Source of the DNA: Planctomycetota bacterium
GTDB taxonomy: Bacteria > Planctomycetota > UBA11346
Direction: 5' to 3'
Length of the DNA stretch: 64,000 nucleotides
Assembly (NCBI GenBank): GCA_043775355.1
Contig: JAYVSL010000025.1
Coordinates: 224-64,223 of the forward strand
Below the pieces are notes generated by a model that had not been told where the DNA came from, searched no databases, and was given only the letters and a program-made list of their open reading frames with translations. Below are positions 8,366 to 17,246 of the stretch, piece by piece. Numbering within the stretch: position 1 is the first letter of the stretch; the number at the start of each line of letters is the position of its first letter. The position numbers were made by a program, and so were the translations under genes.

Positions 8366-8716
8366 ATGAAATCAGGCCTTATCATTACTGAATCGCGCAT
8401 CGAAGACGTCCTGGTGCTCAAGCTCAGCGGCTACCTCGATGGCCATACCTTTGTTGAATTGGAAAAATCCCTCGACACCGCCATCAAAGGCGGATCGCAC
8501 CGCATCGTCATCGACTTAGCAGAGCTCACTTACATCGCCAGTGCCGGAGTCGGCGTCTTTATCAACTCACAACACCAAGTGCGCAAACACGGCGGTAGCC
8601 TGCAGTTGGTCAACCCAGCCCCAAGCGTACGCGAAGTGTTCGGCATCCTCGGTCTTGAAGTGATTTTCACTATTCACCAGACGGTGGATCAAGGCGTTCG
8701 CGCCGCGCGCAAATAA
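8366..8716 (+). CDS. STAS-domain anti-sigma-factor antagonist (SpoIIAA/RsbV-like)
   Basis: 116 aa. VLKLSGYLDGHTFVELEKSL...IDLAELTYIASAGVGVFI is the STAS fold signature, including the phosphorylatable Ser context (YIASAG). Confidence 0.85.
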   Translation: MKSGLIITESRIEDVLVLKLSGYLDGHTFVELEKSLDTAIKGGSHRIVIDLAELTYIASAGVGVFINSQHQVRKHGGSLQLVNPAPSVREVFGILGLEVIFTIHQTVDQGVRAARK

Positions 8717-8792
8717 TTTCGGCTGACGACCCACGATAAATTCTGCAACTTCGCCCTCGCTCATCCACGAACCTTTCGCCCTGGAGTTCGCC

Positions 8793-9020
8793 ATGTTCAC
8801 CAAGGACCTGGAACGGCTCGTCCGCAGCATGGCCGCACAACGTCTCGACCCGGACTACATTCGTTATTATCTGATCGAGACTTATCAGCTCGATTCCAAG
8901 ACGGTTGATGAAGTCTTCAAAGCCCAAGGCGTCGGCAAGGTGAAGGAAAAATTTTCCACCAAGTCGTCATCCGAAGCAAACGGCGGCGAGAAAAAAGTTC
9001 CGCGCAAACCGTTCAGCTGA
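8793..9020 (+). CDS. hypothetical small protein (75 aa)
   Basis: ORF with GGAG 7 nt upstream of the ATG. Lys/Ser-rich C-terminus. No recognisable motif. Confidence 0.45.
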   Translation: MFTKDLERLVRSMAAQRLDPDYIRYYLIETYQLDSKTVDEVFKAQGVGKVKEKFSTKSSSEANGGEKKVPRKPFS

Positions 9021-9069
9021 TTTTTACGCCTCACAGGCGAGAGCCACCTCAATTGCCCTCGTGTTCGCA

Positions 9070-10746
9070 TCACTCGCGAAACAACGTGCTCACTCCGCGG
9101 CCCAGTACGGCGGACGATAGCCACAAACAGCTGGCGAGGAATAACATCGCCCACACGGCAAAAGCACAGGCGATAGCTGGGCCTTGGCCGAGGATGTTGA
9201 CGAGCTCGAACAGCACTTTGGTAATCGGATAGGCGTCGTGACGTTGGGCGAGAATCAATGAGTCGCTGACTTCCAGCATACTAAAACTAAACGTCAACAA
9301 GGCTCCTGCGGCGAGGCTGCCGGCGATGAGCGGAAACGTTATGCGACGCAGGCGTTGAACTAAACCAGCGCCAAGTGAGGCCGCTGCTTCTTCGTATACT
9401 GGCGGCACCTGCGCCAAGCCCGCTGCGCCAGCGCGAACCACGTGCGGCAAGCGGCGGACGGCATATGCGATAATCAGAATCGCGGTGGGATCACGAATGG
9501 GATCAAACAGCGCGCGTAGCGCTGGAATGCCCATGACCATGACCAAATAACCGAACGCCAAAATCACGCCAGGAATCGCTAACGGCAGCATCGCCAAGGT
9601 ATCGAGCACTTGCCAGCCGCGTGGTCGCCAGCGGGTGGAAACCCAGGCGATGAAGGTTCCGAGCATCAGCGCCAAAACCGTTGCGCCACCGGAGTAAATC
9701 ACGCTATTCATCACGCCTGGAATCACCGCCGGATGTGCCAACGCATCGTTGATGTGACGTAAGGTCAGGCTCGCTGGTAACACCGTGCCATACCATGATC
9801 CTGAAATCGCGATGAGCACGACCGCCGCATGCGGAGCGATTGCCAGCGCCACAATAATGCTGACGACGCTGGCTGCGCACCAACCACGCCAGCCCTTCAG
9901 GCGCAGCGGAATCCACACGCCCGCATGTTTGCCGGCCATGGCGTCATGACGACGCAAGAACACCAAACGCGCAATCAAGTACAGCCCCACCGAAATGCTC
10001 AGCAAAATGACGACTAAGGCGAATGGTAAGGGATTCGAGTCGAGTTCTGTGAGTCCGTTAAAAATTTGCACGGGCGTGACCCGATCAAACCCAAGCATCA
10101 GCGGCGTGCCCAATTCGGTGAAGCTCCAGACGAATACCACGATGCCGCCGCCGAATAAACCTGGGCGGATCAGCGGCAAAACGATGCGGCGAAAACGCGT
10201 CCATGGTCCGGCGCCCATTAATTGCGCGGCCTCTAACAGTGATCCATCCATGCGGGTCAAACTTGCCGCAGTCGCAAGATACAGAATCGGATACAAGTGC
10301 AGCGCTTCGAGTACGCACACGGCGGCAAAACGATGTTCGCCCAGCCAATCAGGACCGTTTCCAGGATCGCACAATCCGAGCGCGACTAAGACGCTGTTCA
10401 CCGCGCCATATTGGCCGAATAATTGTGCCACGCCGATAGCGCCAACAAACGGCGGTAAAATCAATGGTCCCAGAGCCAGCGCTTCCAGCCAGCGTTGGCC
10501 TGGGAAACGATAACGCGCTCCAATCCACGCCAAGGGCACGGCGATCACCATAGTCAGCATCGTGCTGACCACCGCGATGGCGCCGGCATTCAGTAAGCCC
10601 TGTTGATAAACCGGATGCGCTATGGCGGCGTATAAAACGGCTGGCGATAAACCTTTCACGACGCTGATGCCCAGCGGTAACAGTAAGAACACCGCAAGAA
10701 AAATAGTCACCAGGACAATGGCTGACCAGCCGAAGAGCGCGCGCAT
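9070..10746 (-). CDS. ABC transporter permease, fused two-domain type (FbpB/iron(III)-like family)
   Basis: 558 aa, about 12 hydrophobic helices, with two copies of the EAA-type loop (LEAAQLMGAGPWTRFRRIVLP and EEAAASLGAGLVQRLRRITFP). Its start overlaps the stop of the upstream SBP gene. Confidence 0.85.
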   Translation of the reverse strand: MRALFGWSAIVLVTIFLAVFLLLPLGISVVKGLSPAVLYAAIAHPVYQQGLLNAGAIAVVSTMLTMVIAVPLAWIGARYRFPGQRWLEALALGPLILPPFVGAIGVAQLFGQYGAVNSVLVALGLCDPGNGPDWLGEHRFAAVCVLEALHLYPILYLATAASLTRMDGSLLEAAQLMGAGPWTRFRRIVLPLIRPGLFGGGIVVFVWSFTELGTPLMLGFDRVTPVQIFNGLTELDSNPLPFALVVILLSISVGLYLIARLVFLRRHDAMAGKHAGVWIPLRLKGWRGWCAASVVSIIVALAIAPHAAVVLIAISGSWYGTVLPASLTLRHINDALAHPAVIPGVMNSVIYSGGATVLALMLGTFIAWVSTRWRPRGWQVLDTLAMLPLAIPGVILAFGYLVMVMGIPALRALFDPIRDPTAILIIAYAVRRLPHVVRAGAAGLAQVPPVYEEAAASLGAGLVQRLRRITFPLIAGSLAAGALLTFSFSMLEVSDSLILAQRHDAYPITKVLFELVNILGQGPAIACAFAVWAMLFLASCLWLSSAVLGRGVSTLFRE

Positions 10747-12338
10747 CAGTGCTGCTCCTGCATGCTGTCACGTGCCAGACGTGCCGCTGCGCGATAGTGA
10801 TGTTGCGCGGCGATAGTCCATTCGCGCATGGTGGTGATGCGATCTTCCGCTAAACGTTTCTTGGCTTCGGCGATATTTCGGTAGTCATATGGCAGCCAAA
10901 TAAATTCTTTCCACGCCGGTGAATCCGGACGATCAGCGGCGACAATCGCACGCCACGCATCCTGTAATTCTTGCCGTGGATCGAGTGCCACGGCTTTAAT
11001 GGTGGAGCGAATCAGATCGAAATACGGTGCCGTCCACGCCGGTTCGAAATGAAAGGATTGTGCCAGCACGAAGGGATCTTCACCAGGATCGCTGCTGTGC
11101 GCCAAATGCTCTGGCGTGAAAAGATCACGCCGCACCGACCACCGCCGCAATGCATAACGCTTCGGGCCACCGGGTTCGCCAACCCGATAATTCCACAGAC
11201 GTTGGCCGTCGACCGACAACACAAAACGCATGAAAGCCACGGCCTCTGCGCGATGCGGCGCACCGCGTAGCAACGCGATGGGGTCAGCGCTCATCGAAGT
11301 GCCCCCCTGCGGCGTGACGAAAACCACACGTTCGTGGCCGGATTCTTGCCGCGTCCATTCCGCTTCGCTGCGGCCATAAAAATCAATGCACATTCCTGCG
11401 ATAGCATCGCCGCGACCGATATCGCGCGGAATTTTCGACGCCGAATCGGTCACCAAACGCGCGTTGCCAACCATGGCTTTCATCAACGTCAGACCTTGAC
11501 GCCAACCGGCATCCAACTGCTCGGCCGTTGCCGTCGCGAAAGTGGCTCCGCCGCCTTTTACTGCGCGTGCCAATTGTTCCTGTAAAATCATCACATAGCA
11601 GGCGGCGACAGATCCTGACTTGGTCGGATCTGCCACCACCAAATGGCCCATCAATGCGGGATGAGCCAGATCATCCCATGATTTCAACGGTGAGGTGCGC
11701 TGATCTTCGATACGAGCAAACGGTCCCTGTCGTGGCGATACCAAGGCCTGCAAACGATCGGGGTTGTAGCAAATCCCAAAACTCGACAACGCCGTACCGT
11801 AGTAGCGTCCCTGAGCATCGTAAATAATTTCACCGGCCAGGGTCTGAGGAATAACCTCGTCGCGAAAAATCTCTGGCAACGCTTGCAACAGGCCGGCATC
11901 AACCAGATAGCCTTTCTCAGCAAGAATACGATTTTCAAATTCGCCGCCGCCAAAAAGCAGATCGATGTCAATGCCAAGCTCACTGGCAAGGAACGCTTTT
12001 CGTGCATCGGCATCAACAGACTTGGGATTATTAAACGTCGCACGATCAAAACCTGGCAAGCGTGCGGCGGCAACGGCGGTATATTGTTCGTTGATCAATT
12101 TACTGATATCGGACATGCCACCAGGAGTGCGCCAGTCGATCTCAACGTCATGGCCAAGCTCACGCACGGCAAAGGCGCTGAAAGCACGGGAAAACTCCGT
12201 GCGAATTGCTTCATTATTGGGCGTAATGATGACCAGCGGCAGCGCTTTTGACGCTCTCGCCACATGATGTTCGCGCAGTGCCAGCGGAATCACCAACAGC
12301 ACAAGCGGAGCCAGCACGGCAAGCCAACGAGTCATCAT
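10746..12338 (-). CDS. ABC transporter periplasmic substrate-binding protein
   Basis: 530 aa with an N-terminal signal-like helix (MMTRWLAVLAPLVLLVIPLAL). It sits between the ATPase and the permease with overlapping stop/start codons. Ligand unknown, and it looks long for this SBP type. Confidence 0.7.
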   Translation of the reverse strand: MMTRWLAVLAPLVLLVIPLALREHHVARASKALPLVIITPNNEAIRTEFSRAFSAFAVRELGHDVEIDWRTPGGMSDISKLINEQYTAVAAARLPGFDRATFNNPKSVDADARKAFLASELGIDIDLLFGGGEFENRILAEKGYLVDAGLLQALPEIFRDEVIPQTLAGEIIYDAQGRYYGTALSSFGICYNPDRLQALVSPRQGPFARIEDQRTSPLKSWDDLAHPALMGHLVVADPTKSGSVAACYVMILQEQLARAVKGGGATFATATAEQLDAGWRQGLTLMKAMVGNARLVTDSASKIPRDIGRGDAIAGMCIDFYGRSEAEWTRQESGHERVVFVTPQGGTSMSADPIALLRGAPHRAEAVAFMRFVLSVDGQRLWNYRVGEPGGPKRYALRRWSVRRDLFTPEHLAHSSDPGEDPFVLAQSFHFEPAWTAPYFDLIRSTIKAVALDPRQELQDAWRAIVAADRPDSPAWKEFIWLPYDYRNIAEAKKRLAEDRITTMREWTIAAQHHYRAAARLARDSMQEQH

Positions 12339-13369
12339 GTACGCAGCACGACCACATCGTCACGCGTTATCGACAAATACACTACGTCGCCGACGGCGCG
12401 TGATGGCGGAGCTTGCTCAACCACTTGAAGTTCGGTTGAGCCACAGCGAATAGTCCACGCCGCATTGCCACCAAGATAGGTTTGCGCACCAATCGTTCCG
12501 CTGATCGCACCGCTGGTAACGATACGTAAGCGTTCTGGACGAATGCACACGGTGACCGCCGTTCCTGGGGCAATTCCTTTGGGTACGAAAGCTGGCAGCA
12601 CGCCCAAGGCACACATCGCCGTGTCAGCATCGCGAACCATGCCCGGCAATAAATTAGCATCGCCCAAAAAAGTCGCCACCGCTGTCGAGGCCGGCTGGCC
12701 GTACACTTGGCGCGGAGTGCCGACTTGAGCCAAGCGCCCACCGGCCATGACCGCAATGCGATCGGCGGTGCTCAGTGCTTCTTCGCGATCATGCGTGACG
12801 TAAATCGCGGTGACTCCGGCGGCTTTACAAATGCGGCGGATTTCTACGCGCATGGTTTGCCGCAGTCGAGCGTCGAGATTCGATAACGGCTCATCCAAGA
12901 GCAAAACTTGCGGGCGAATGACGAGGGCACGCGCGAGGGCAACACGTTGCTGCTGGCCGCCAGATAACTCAGCAATGCGACGGGCGCCAAAACCAGAAAG
13001 CTCAACCAAGGCTAAGGCCTCATCGACTCGGCGTGCGCGCTCTGCTGGCGCAACGCGACGCATCTCTAAACCAAAACTGATATTTTCGGCAACCGACAAA
13101 TGCGGCCACAAAGCGTAATTTTGAAACACCATGCCCAGATCACGGCGTTCAACTGGAAGCTGCGTCACGTCATCATTGGCAAAGCGAATCGTGCCGCTGT
13201 CTGGCGCAATGAATCCCGCGACTAAGCGCAATAGCGTGGTTTTTCCGCAGCCGCTACCGCCAAGCAAAAAAAACATTTCACCCGCCGCGATATCGAGACT
13301 GACGCGATCCAACACCGGCGTCACCCCGTCATAGCTTTTGCTCACTTCGCGAATTGAGACTGGGGTCAT
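12335..13369 (-). CDS. ABC transporter ATP-binding protein (PotA/FbpC-like with C-terminal TOBE-like region)
   Basis: Walker A GGSGCGKTT, signature LSGGQQQRVALARAL and Walker B LLLDEPLS. The track ORF extends to 13717, but its first 116 codons are low-complexity and overlap the divergent gene. I start at ATG 13369 (MTPVSIREVSKSY). Confidence 0.85.
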   Translation of the reverse strand: MTPVSIREVSKSYDGVTPVLDRVSLDIAAGEMFFLLGGSGCGKTTLLRLVAGFIAPDSGTIRFANDDVTQLPVERRDLGMVFQNYALWPHLSVAENISFGLEMRRVAPAERARRVDEALALVELSGFGARRIAELSGGQQQRVALARALVIRPQVLLLDEPLSNLDARLRQTMRVEIRRICKAAGVTAIYVTHDREEALSTADRIAVMAGGRLAQVGTPRQVYGQPASTAVATFLGDANLLPGMVRDADTAMCALGVLPAFVPKGIAPGTAVTVCIRPERLRIVTSGAISGTIGAQTYLGGNAAWTIRCGSTELQVVEQAPPSRAVGDVVYLSITRDDVVVLRT

Positions 13370-13485
13370 GGCGCGGGAGTGTGTCGCGGTCTTGGTGGGC
13401 GCAATCCCAGCCAGCAAGGCAGATTGACGGGGCTGCGCCTTTTTTGCATTCAGAATTTTCGATTCCACATTAACCTTGTGCGCCT

Positions 13486-15369
13486 GTGATGGCCCACCTT
13501 TCTGATCCTGTTGCTGATCCTGATCCGCATTCGAATTCGGCGCTCGTTCGGCGACTATTGGCGCTGAGTTGGCAATACCGTGGGAAATGTTTGCTCGTGC
13601 TTGGCTATCAAGCGTTATTGCTGGCGTTCGCGCTGCTGGGATTGGCAGCCTTGGGCTTGGGCATCGACTTCCTGCATCACCAGCTTCGCCCTGAGCGCGC
13701 CGCGCCGACGTGGCCATTCGGCTTTACGCCGCCTGCCACCTGGGCGCCGCTGAGCGTCATCGCGCTCATTGCTGGCATTATGCTGATGCTCGCGTTGGCA
13801 AGAACGGTGCTGACGTATGTCTATTCGATGGCAGTGGCCTCGCTCACGCAGAAGGAAATCGTGGTTCATCTGCGCACGGCGGTGTACGACAAACTTCAGC
13901 GTTTAAGTTTTCGCTTTTTTGACGCCAATGCATCTGGCACCATCATCAATCGCGTCACTGGCGACGTGCAGAATTTGCGCCTTTTCGTCGACGGCGTGAT
14001 CATTCAGGGCGTCATCTTATTTCTGTCGCTGATCGCCTACATCATTTACATGGTTCAGTTGCATGTGTGGTTGACGTTGGCGTGTCTCGCTACGGCGCCG
14101 CTGCTGCTCATCACTTCGCTGATATTTTCGCACTACATTCGTCCTGCTTATGCGCGTAACCGTGAACTGGTTGACGCCATGGTTGGCCGACTGACCGAAG
14201 ATATTCAAGGTATTCAAGTCGTGAAAGGCTTCGCGCGCGAACGTGAAGCCTGTGCGGCGTTCGCACGCGCGACCGACGCCGTACGCGATCAACAACAGCA
14301 AATATTTTGGCGCGTCAGTCTGTTCGGTCCTGGGATGGATCTGCTGACGCAACTTAACCTCGCGGTACTGTTACTCTATGGCGGTTGGCTGGTCATCGAT
14401 GGTCAGCTTCCGCTTGGTACCGGGTTAGTTGTTTTTACGGGCTTGCTGCAACAGTTCAGCGGACAAGTAGCGACCATTTCAAATTTAATCAATTCGATTC
14501 AACAAAGTTTAATCGGCGCCAAACGAGTTTTTGAAATCATCGATGCGCCACTGGAGGTCGCCACGCGAACGAATGCTATTCGTCTGCCCAAGGCCCACGG
14601 TGCGCTGTGTTTTGAGCACGTGTCATTCGCCTATAAAACCAACACCAGTGTTTTAAGCGAACTCAATCTGACGGTAAAATCAGGACAATGTGTCGCCATT
14701 CTTGGCGCCACGGGTTCGGGAAAAAGTACGTTGATGTCGCTCATTCCGCGCTTTTACGATCCCACGGCTGGGCGCATCACCCTTGACGGCCATGATCTGC
14801 GCGATCTCGACCTTGACGATGTGCGACGTAATGTTGGCGTAGTGTTTCAAGAGAGCTTTTTATTTTCCAATACGATTGCCGCCAATATTTCCTTTGGCCA
14901 TCCCGAAGCGACCTCGGCCCAGATCGAGCGAGCAGCCCGCATTGCTCAGGCTCATGATTTTATTTCCAACCTGCCCAGAGGTTACGACACCATCCTCGGC
15001 GAAAGTGGCGTCGGACTTTCTGGTGGTCAGCGTCAACGGCTGGCCATTGCACGCGCAGTTTTGTTAGAGCCACCGATCCTGCTGCTCGATGATCCGACCG
15101 CCGCGATCGACGCTGAAACTGAGCAGGAAATTCTTGCGGCGATGGGCACGGCCTCGGCTGGACGCACGACCTTTATTATTGCCAATCGCGTTTCGACTTT
15201 GCGTCGCGCTGATCTGATCGTCGTCATCGATGACGGACGAATCATTCAGCAAGGCAGCCACGACGAACTCATGGCGCTTGACGGTCCGTACCAAGCGGTG
15301 GCAAAATTGCAGTTGGTCGACGACGTAAACGACGCTGAAATCAGCACAGATCGTGGCAACCTGGCATGA
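13486..15369 (+). CDS. ABC exporter, fused permease/ATPase (MsbA/multidrug type), subunit 1
   Basis: 627 aa. Six-helix TMD, then Walker A GATGSGKST, LSGGQRQRLAIARA and LLLDDPTAAID. Confidence 0.9.
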   Translation: MMAHLSDPVADPDPHSNSALVRRLLALSWQYRGKCLLVLGYQALLLAFALLGLAALGLGIDFLHHQLRPERAAPTWPFGFTPPATWAPLSVIALIAGIMLMLALARTVLTYVYSMAVASLTQKEIVVHLRTAVYDKLQRLSFRFFDANASGTIINRVTGDVQNLRLFVDGVIIQGVILFLSLIAYIIYMVQLHVWLTLACLATAPLLLITSLIFSHYIRPAYARNRELVDAMVGRLTEDIQGIQVVKGFAREREACAAFARATDAVRDQQQQIFWRVSLFGPGMDLLTQLNLAVLLLYGGWLVIDGQLPLGTGLVVFTGLLQQFSGQVATISNLINSIQQSLIGAKRVFEIIDAPLEVATRTNAIRLPKAHGALCFEHVSFAYKTNTSVLSELNLTVKSGQCVAILGATGSGKSTLMSLIPRFYDPTAGRITLDGHDLRDLDLDDVRRNVGVVFQESFLFSNTIAANISFGHPEATSAQIERAARIAQAHDFISNLPRGYDTILGESGVGLSGGQRQRLAIARAVLLEPPILLLDDPTAAIDAETEQEILAAMGTASAGRTTFIIANRVSTLRRADLIVVIDDGRIIQQGSHDELMALDGPYQAVAKLQLVDDVNDAEISTDRGNLA

Positions 15370-17246
15370 CCGATCCACAAACCACGCAACGTCGACGCAG
15401 CGCGCTCAAACTGACGCAGGTCGTGCGGCCAGCCAATGAAGAGGAAGAATACGATCGACGCCCGCTGGAATGGGGGCTGATTCGCAGGCTTTTTTCGTAC
15501 GCAACACCCTACCGTTCGCTGGTCCGCTGGTTGATGGTGTTAGTAGTCCTGCGATCCATTCAGCTGCCTTTGCTTGCATGGATCATCGCCCGCGTCATCG
15601 GTGGACCGATCACCAACGGCGATTGGGCCGGCACCATCCACGGCGCGGGCTGGTTTCTCGCCCTGGCCATGGTGACGGTTCTTTGCACGCATTTTCGCCA
15701 GCGTTTGGCGCTGCAACTTGGCGAAGCGGTGGTGCATGATCTGCGCATCGCCATCCATGAACATCTTCACCGTTTAACCATGGGATATTTCACCCGTACG
15801 AAAATCGGCCGCATCATTGGCCGAGTCACCGGGGATGTTGAATCGGTGCGTAATGGAGTGCAGGACGTGCTGTTCGTCAGCGCCGTCCAAATAGGTCACA
15901 TGCTGGTCGCTGCGATATTGATGCTGTGGTACGATTGGGCGCTGTTTCTGGTGGTGTTAGCGTTGGCCCCAGTGCTGTGGGTGATCAATCGGCTGTTTCG
16001 CGCCGACATGAGTCGCGTCTCTCGCGAATCCCAGGAAAGTTACAGTCGTATGACCGCGACGCTGGCGGAATCCGTCAATGGCATTCGAGTGACCCAAGGT
16101 TTTGTTCGCCAAGACATCAACGCCGGATTATTTCGTTTGCTGATCGTCAATCATGCGCGGATCAATTTGAGTGTCGCACGGGTGTCAGCCATTTTCGTCC
16201 CCTTGCTCGATTTTAACAGTCAGATGTTCATCAGCGTGATGTTGTTTATTGGCAGCTGGCAAGCGCTGCATGGCCAAGCAGGCATTGAAGACATTATTAT
16301 GTTTTTCTTTCTGGCTGGCATGTTCTTCAATCCCATTCAAATCATCGGCACGCAGTACGGCCAAGCACTGACGGCGATGGCTGGAGCCGAACGGGTATTT
16401 CGCCTGCTCGACACCAAACCTGATTGGGCCGATGCCCAGGACGCCAAGAGCCTCACCGAACTGCGTGGTCAGGTGGAATTTCGTAACGTATCCTTTGCTT
16501 ATGAGCCGACCCGCACAGTTCTGCATAACCTAAATTTTACTGCTGATTCCGGGCAAACCATCGCATTAGTCGGCCACACCGGCTGCGGAAAATCAACCAT
16601 CATCAATCTGATTGCCAAGTTCTGGTTGCCCACCAGCGGCGAACTGCTGATTGATGGCCACGATATTTGCACCGTCGCGACCGCTTCACTCCACCATCAC
16701 ATGGGTATCGTGACGCAGGCCAACATTCTCTTTACCGGTACCGTGATGGAAAATATTCGCATGGGCCGACCAACGGCGACTGACCAAGAGGTCATCGAAG
16801 CCGTGCGCCGACTCGGCATCCTTGATCTGATCGCAGAACTGAGCAACGGCTTTAACACCGTGGTTGGAGAAAAAGGCAGCGGCGTTTCGCTCGGGCAACG
16901 CCAGCTTATTTGTTTTGCCCGCGCCATGCTCGCCGACCCACGCATCCTGATTCTAGATGAGGCAACCAGCTCAGTCGACGCCATGACCGAATCGCGTTTA
17001 CAAGCCGCGCTAGAAACCTTGCTTAAAGGCCGCACAGCCTTCGTTGTCGCCCATCGCCTATCAACTATTCGTCACGCTGATCAGGTGTTAGTGCTTGATC
17101 ACGGTCACCTGGTCGAGCGAGGAACTCATAGTGAATTATTAGCGCTTGAAGGCACCTACGCGAAACTCCATCGCCGCTTTATTGCTAGCGATGAAAACGT
17201 AACCATGAGCACACGCAAACCGACCATTGCTCTGACGCAACGCTAA
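15366..17246 (+). CDS. ABC exporter, fused permease/ATPase, subunit 2 (probable heterodimer partner)
   Basis: 626 aa. GHTGCGKST, VSLGQRQLICFARA and LILDEATSSVD. A 4-nt overlap with subunit 1 suggests co-translation. Confidence 0.9.
   Translation: MTDPQTTQRRRSALKLTQVVRPANEEEEYDRRPLEWGLIRRLFSYATPYRSLVRWLMVLVVLRSIQLPLLAWIIARVIGGPITNGDWAGTIHGAGWFLALAMVTVLCTHFRQRLALQLGEAVVHDLRIAIHEHLHRLTMGYFTRTKIGRIIGRVTGDVESVRNGVQDVLFVSAVQIGHMLVAAILMLWYDWALFLVVLALAPVLWVINRLFRADMSRVSRESQESYSRMTATLAESVNGIRVTQGFVRQDINAGLFRLLIVNHARINLSVARVSAIFVPLLDFNSQMFISVMLFIGSWQALHGQAGIEDIIMFFFLAGMFFNPIQIIGTQYGQALTAMAGAERVFRLLDTKPDWADAQDAKSLTELRGQVEFRNVSFAYEPTRTVLHNLNFTADSGQTIALVGHTGCGKSTIINLIAKFWLPTSGELLIDGHDICTVATASLHHHMGIVTQANILFTGTVMENIRMGRPTATDQEVIEAVRRLGILDLIAELSNGFNTVVGEKGSGVSLGQRQLICFARAMLADPRILILDEATSSVDAMTESRLQAALETLLKGRTAFVVAHRLSTIRHADQVLVLDHGHLVERGTHSELLALEGTYAKLHRRFIASDENVTMSTRKPTIALTQR

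Noticed and set aside
13370-13717. 116-codon N-terminal extension of the ABC importer ATPase ORF
   Set aside because: The extension is low-complexity (Ala/Arg/Gln-rich) and overlaps the divergent ABC exporter gene start (13486) by more than 200 nt. The family-typical N-terminus (MTPVSIREVSKSY...) begins at ATG 13369.
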